Source: Kofleriaceae bacterium | Lineage (GTDB): Bacteria; Myxococcota_A; Polyangia; Haliangiales; Haliangiaceae | Length of the DNA stretch: 64,000 nt | Direction of reading: 5' to 3' | Assembly: GCA_046597055.1 (NCBI GenBank) | Contig: JBKJLC010000103.1 | Span: 1 to 64,000, forward strand | In this document: positions 52,609-64,000 of the stretch, one piece after another | How positions within the stretch are numbered: the first letter of the stretch is position 1 | How the letters are laid out: each line of letters starts with the position of its first letter | The notes under the pieces: model-generated | What the model was told of the DNA's origin: nothing | Database searches by the model: none | What the model saw: only the letters and a program-made list of their open reading frames with translations | Position numbers and translations under genes: made by a program

Positions 52609-52824
52609 GGTCGCCTCCGCGGTATTCTCAGGCAAGTCGCATGCCGACCGCGCCCCGCCGTGCCCGCCCCGAACGCGCGGCCGCCTGCACGGTGTGGCGG
52701 GCCCGCGCACCGCAGCTCCGGTCGCTTCGCGCGGACCCGACGCGCACGCAGCCGCGCCCCGCGCCCGATCGTCCGGGCCATGCGGGGGCATTGCGCGCTT
52801 CGAGAGGCCGGCGAGCGGGGCAGG

Positions 52825-53289
52825 TCAGTCGTCGCGCTCGAGCTCTTCGACCAGGATCGCGAGCAGCCGCGTCGTCTGGGCCACGACCTCGTCGCCGGCG
52901 CGCGCCATCGACCGCTTCACCGCTGCCTCCACCGTGCCGCGCCGCAAGCCGTCGATCTTGCGACCGAACGCGGTGAGCTTGAAGCGCGCGCGGCGGCGAT
53001 CCTCGGCGTCGACCTCGCGCACGAGCGCGCCGCGATCCTCGAGCCGCGCGAGAATGCCAGTCAGCGTACTGGGGTGGATCCCGAGCGTCGCGGCGATCTC
53101 ACTGGCGACCTTGCTCGGCGACTGGCCGACGATGCGCAGCACCAGTCGCTGGGGGCCGGTCACGCCGATCGTGCGCTCCATCCGCTTCGAGCGCACGTCG
53201 AGCGCGTGGACGACCTCCCACATGCGCTGCATGAACTGCAACGTCTCGCCGATCGGCTTGGGACGCTTGGCGGTCGAACGAGGTGACAT
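52825..53289 (-). CDS. MarR family transcriptional regulator
   Basis: GVTGPQRLVL..HPSTLTGILARLE..DRR..LTAFG. Confidence 0.88.
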   Translation of the reverse strand: MSPRSTAKRPKPIGETLQFMQRMWEVVHALDVRSKRMERTIGVTGPQRLVLRIVGQSPSKVASEIAATLGIHPSTLTGILARLEDRGALVREVDAEDRRRARFKLTAFGRKIDGLRRGTVEAAVKRSMARAGDEVVAQTTRLLAILVEELERDD

Positions 53290-53630
53290 GCGGCGGCGCA
53301 CTATACCGCCTACGTGTGCGCCGTCTCGCCGGCGGTCACCCGCCGGCATGACGAACAACCAAAGACACCTGGCCCGGCCCCCTGGACAAACCGATGCTGA
53401 CCTCTGCTGCGACCACGCCCGGGCTCACGTAGCGTCCGCCGCCGTGAGCAGGTGGTGATGTTGCGGGACGTCCCGCTCGCGACCCGCGCCGATCTGCTGG
53501 TCGCTTGCCGGGCCCAGCCCGGGCTGAGCCACGCCCAGGTCCACGAGCCCGGCGGCGACGTCGCCATCATGGTCACGTGCGCGGTCTCGCGCCGATGGCC
53601 GCAGGGGCCGCAGGGAGGTACCGTGCCGCC

Positions 53631-54512
53631 GTGCTGAACTACAACCACGTCTACTACTTCCACGTGACGGCCGAGGAGGGCTCGTTTGCGGCGGCGGCAC
53701 AGCGGCTGGGAGTCACCCAGCCGACCGTCAGCGAGCAGATCCGTCAGCTCGAGCGCACGGTGGGCGTGGCGCTGTTCGAGCGGGGCCCCGCCACGCTGCG
53801 CCTGACCACGCTCGGCCGGCTCGCGTACGAGCACACCACCGCGATGTTCCGCACCGCCGACAGCCTGGTCGCGGCCCTCGCCGGGGCGCGCTCGCCGCCG
53901 ATCGTGGCGCTCCGCATCGGCATCAGCACCGCGGTCTCGCGGACGCTCGCTGCCGGGTTCCTGCTGCCGGTGCTCGAGCTCGACGGCTGTGTCCCGACGA
54001 TCCACTCGGCCAGCTTCGACGACCTCGTCCGAGACCTGCGCGGCAACGAGCTCGACCTGGTGCTCGGCGAGAGCGAGCCACCCACGGCCGCCCGCCGCGG
54101 GCTGGTGGTCGAGCGGATCTATCAGTCGCGACTGCTCGCGGTGGCGGGTCCCACCGTGGTGCCCGACGAGGCCTGGACCAACGTGCGGGTCATCCACTAC
54201 CGGGTGAGCTCGGCGCTGCGCTGGGAGGTCGACGACTTTCTGTCCACGCGCGAGCTGCGCCCGATCACGGCGGCCGAGACCGACGATGCCGGGCTCATGC
54301 TCGAGGCGGTCGCGAGCGGACCGTTCGTGGCGTTCGTGCCTCACAGCCTGGCCCGCGAGGCGCTCGCCAGCGGCCGCGTCCGCACCCTCGAGGTCATCCC
54401 CGGCCAGTCGCTCGGCGTGCACGCCGTCTACCACGACGGCCAGGCGTCCGACCTGGCTCGCCGCGCGGCCGAGCTGCTCGCCGACCGAGCCGCCACCCGC
54501 TTCGACACCTGA
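53631..54512 (+). CDS. LysR family regulator (NhaR-like N-terminus)
   Basis: LNYNHVYYF..QPTVSEQIRQLE..LFER..LTTLG. Confidence 0.9.
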   Translation: MLNYNHVYYFHVTAEEGSFAAAAQRLGVTQPTVSEQIRQLERTVGVALFERGPATLRLTTLGRLAYEHTTAMFRTADSLVAALAGARSPPIVALRIGISTAVSRTLAAGFLLPVLELDGCVPTIHSASFDDLVRDLRGNELDLVLGESEPPTAARRGLVVERIYQSRLLAVAGPTVVPDEAWTNVRVIHYRVSSALRWEVDDFLSTRELRPITAAETDDAGLMLEAVASGPFVAFVPHSLAREALASGRVRTLEVIPGQSLGVHAVYHDGQASDLARRAAELLADRAATRFDT

Positions 54513-54569
54513 AGAGGTGCAGCCCACACGGCGTCTGGCGTCGGGCCACGACTGGCGGTAGGGTAACCC

Positions 54570-55721
54570 GTGTCGGCCGAAGCGCTGCGGGGACAACGGC
54601 TCGTTGCGTACCTGCGCGCGCATCGCGAGACGCTGCTGACCCGGTGGGAGCGCCGGGTCCGGGCCGACGCCGAGGTCGAGCCGGCGCGCACCCTCAGCGA
54701 GCCGCAGCTCCGCGACCACCTGCCCGGCCTGCTCGACGCACTGATCACGTGCGTCGAGAACCACTGCGAGACCGGCGGCAAGCCGGTCGTCCGTGGGCGC
54801 GCCCTCGGTCACAGCGCGCCGGCGATCGGCCACGCCCACCACCGCCAGCGCCAGGGCTACACCCTCGCGCAGGCGCTGCGCGAGCTGTCGTGGTTTCGCA
54901 CCGTGCTGATCGAGCTCTGCGGCGAACGTGACGGCATCGACCGCGAGCACGCGGTGCTGATCCACGCCGCCCTCGACGAGTCGATGACGACGGTGGCGGT
55001 CGAGATGGAGCGCTACGCGGTCGACAGTCGCGACCAGGTCCTCCGGGTGGTGTCGCACGATCTGCGCGGCCCGCTGAGCGCGGTGGTCATGGCGGCGGCG
55101 CGCCTGATGAGCGCCGAGGGCCTCGATGCCCTGGTCCGCAAGCGGGTCGACGTGATCGACCGCGCGGCCCAGCGCATGACCCGGCTGGTCAACGACCTGA
55201 CCGATCTCGGCAGCATCGACGCGGGCACGCTCCGGCTCGATCTGCAGCGGGTGGATCCGCGCGCGCTGCTCGACGAGGCGGTCGAGAGCTCGGGCGCAAA
55301 CGATGGCGACCTCGGGATCACGATCGACGTCCAGGTCGCCGAGCTCCCGATGATCCGGTGCGATCCCGGGCGGTTCTTGCAGGCCATCGGCAACGTGCTG
55401 AGCAACGCGTGCAAAGTGGTTCCGCCGCGGACTGGGCGCATCGTCGTGTCGGGGTTCGTCCGCGACGAGCAGGTCGTGATCGCGATCGCCGACAACGGGC
55501 CCGGGATCGACGTCAACGAGCTGCCGCGGCTGTTCGAGCGGTTCTGGCGCAGCCCGCGCGCGTCCTATGACGGCACCGGCCTCGGCCTCGCGATCGCCAA
55601 GGCGATCGTCGAGGCCCACGGCGGTGACATCTGGGCCGAGAGCAGCCCGGCGGGCGCGACGGTGTCGCTGGCCCTGCCGATGCAGCTCCAGCGCGCACCT
55701 TCCAACACTTCCTCGTCCTGA
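54570..55721 (+). CDS. Cytoplasmic histidine kinase with RsbRD-N-like helical input domain
   Basis: LRDHLP..HAHHRQRQGY..REL; SHDLRGPL, NVLSNA, GTGLGL. Confidence 0.85.
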   Translation: MSAEALRGQRLVAYLRAHRETLLTRWERRVRADAEVEPARTLSEPQLRDHLPGLLDALITCVENHCETGGKPVVRGRALGHSAPAIGHAHHRQRQGYTLAQALRELSWFRTVLIELCGERDGIDREHAVLIHAALDESMTTVAVEMERYAVDSRDQVLRVVSHDLRGPLSAVVMAAARLMSAEGLDALVRKRVDVIDRAAQRMTRLVNDLTDLGSIDAGTLRLDLQRVDPRALLDEAVESSGANDGDLGITIDVQVAELPMIRCDPGRFLQAIGNVLSNACKVVPPRTGRIVVSGFVRDEQVVIAIADNGPGIDVNELPRLFERFWRSPRASYDGTGLGLAIAKAIVEAHGGDIWAESSPAGATVSLALPMQLQRAPSNTSSS

Positions 55722-55760
55722 TCGACGAGTCGCTCCGGGCGGCCGCGCTACCGCCCGCGC

Positions 55761-56000
55761 GTGGAACATCGCAAGCTCCTCGGCGCCGGCCTCCGCGTAC
55801 CGGTCGTCACGTTCGGCACCGCAACCTTCGGCGGCGGCGACGAGGTCTTCCGCGCCTGGGGCACCACCGACGTCGCCGAGGCCCGACGACTGATCGACAT
55901 CTGCCTCGCAGGCTGGCGCCACCATCTCGACACCGCCAACTCGTACTCGAACGGGCTGGCCGAGGAGATCGTCGGCGCTGCGATCGCTGGCCGCCGCGAG
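55761..56000 (+). pseudogene. Aldo/keto reductase 5' fragment
   Basis: GLRVPVVTFGTATFGG..WG..DTANSYSNGLAEEIVG then loss of similarity after about 80 codons. Confidence 0.75.
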
Positions 56001-56336
56001 GCCTGTGCCAGTGGCCCGACCATATCGCAACCGCTTGCGATCGTTATACTTCCGGACTCTGCAGGTGTCGACCTGTTACCAACGGTGACCACCCATCGTC
56101 AGCGTCGGACCCGCGGGCCACGCGTGTTGGCGTGGGCGATGCGCGACCGCAGTCCGACCTGCGTGACCTGGCGCACGATCGTGTTGTTCGCTCTCGTGCT
56201 GGGGCGCCCTGCCCGACCGCGCCGCGCGGCGCAGCGCAGCGAGCGGCCACCGCGAGCCCCAGCACGGCATCGCCGCTCGGGGGCTCAACTCGGAGGCGCC
56301 GCGGTCGATTCGATCAGAGTGACGACCGCGGCGCCG

Positions 56337-56365
56337 AAAATAGAAAGACCACCTTTCGGTGGTCT
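56337..56365 (-). terminator. Intrinsic terminator of tRNA-Leu
   Basis: AGACCACC-GAAA-GGTGGTCT followed by TTCTATTTT on the minus strand. Confidence 0.8.
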
Positions 56366-56371
56366 AGCCCG

Positions 56372-56453
<82 letters not shown>

Positions 56454-56464
56454 GAAGGGTTGGG

Positions 56465-56492
56465 AGTATATAGCGGGGCCCAAAAGGATCAA
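56465..56492 (-). promoter_or_regulatory. sigma70-like promoter of tRNA-Leu
   Basis: TTGATC-16 bp-TATACT. Confidence 0.6.
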
Positions 56493-56647
56493 GGGGCCGG
56501 GCCGGTTTTTGTGGAGCTTCCGCGCATCGAGTCGATCTCGAGCGGCGGTGAAGTCGGCTCTGCGGCGGCCGGAACCAGTCGCCAGGCCAGCCGCGTCTTT
56601 ACTCGGCGGCCCCAACCGACATAGCATCGAAAGCGCTCGGGATTCGC

Positions 56648-58267
<1,620 letters not shown>

Positions 58268-58388
58268 GCCCGCCCGCGCCCACGCGAGGCCTGAGCCCGC
58301 CCGCGCCCACGCGAGGCCTGCGCCCACCCAAGGCCTGAGCCAGCGCGTGATGCCGTCGATGTCCCCGAGGGGATCGAAGCGCTCGTCG

Positions 58389-58754
58389 TTCCGGTGGCCC
58401 TGAGCCGGCGCCGAGGGCGCCGTGTCGAAGGGCAGACCTCAGGATCCCGCACATCTTTCCGGTGTCCCTGAGCGAAGGGCTCGTTGCGAGCCCGGCGTCG
58501 AAGGGCCCGCCTCGGCATTGATCACAACTCGCCAGGTGACCGAGAGCGTTGCCTTTCCCGGTGGCCCTGAGCCGGCGCCGCAGGCGCCGTGTCGAAGGGC
58601 CACCGGGACAGGTGAGCGCTTCCGATCACATGAAGACTTGTGATCAATCCCGAGGGCAGACGCGCAAAGAGCAGAGCGTCGGCGCTCGACGCCCTGCTCT
58701 CGTACCCCTCGACCGCTGGCTCGCGGCGCGAGCCCTGGCTCAGGGCCACCGGAA
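58389..58754. repeat. Four REP-like structured repeats CCGGTG(G/T)CCCTGAGC-[hairpin]-GTCGA(A/G)GGG
   Basis: Copies at 58389-58433, 58457-58506, 58556-58608 (+) and 58705-58754 (-). Confidence 0.85.
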
Positions 58755-58762
58755 CATCGTGC

Positions 58763-64000
<5,238 letters not shown>

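Noticed and set aside
53290..53630. Small ORFs between marR and lysR
   Set aside because: No recognisable motifs or consistent coding signal; more likely a divergent promoter region

Overview
Very GC-rich bacterial chromosomal DNA whose gene content (Ser/Thr kinases, FHA sigma54 activator, Cys-rich lipoproteins, MYXO-CTERM-like tail, giant TPR protein) points to a myxobacterium. About 47 real CDSs lie among many shadow ORFs, plus tRNA-Phe(GAA) and tRNA-Leu(CAG). The most striking locus is 3.6-9.9 kb: a translationally coupled operon of a NodC/hyaluronan-synthase-like GT2, a WbqC-family protein and a PIG-L de-N-acetylase behind a sigma54-type promoter. It faces a divergent operon for an MFP-like inner-membrane protein, a TolC-like protein and a lipoprotein. 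Together these suggest an undescribed synthase-dependent system making and exporting a modified (possibly N-glycylated) GlcNAc glycan. Next to it is a three-gene envelope operon: a beta-barrel with a CxxCH motif, a repeat lipoprotein and a CxCH cytochrome-like lipoprotein. Also present: a bphO-bphP phytochrome pair, a ligase-less LigD (PE+POL) under a sigma54 promoter, cysDN with a decayed APS-kinase tail, two pseudogene fragments and a cluster of structured REP-like repeats. All calls come from motif reading only; no database searches were run.
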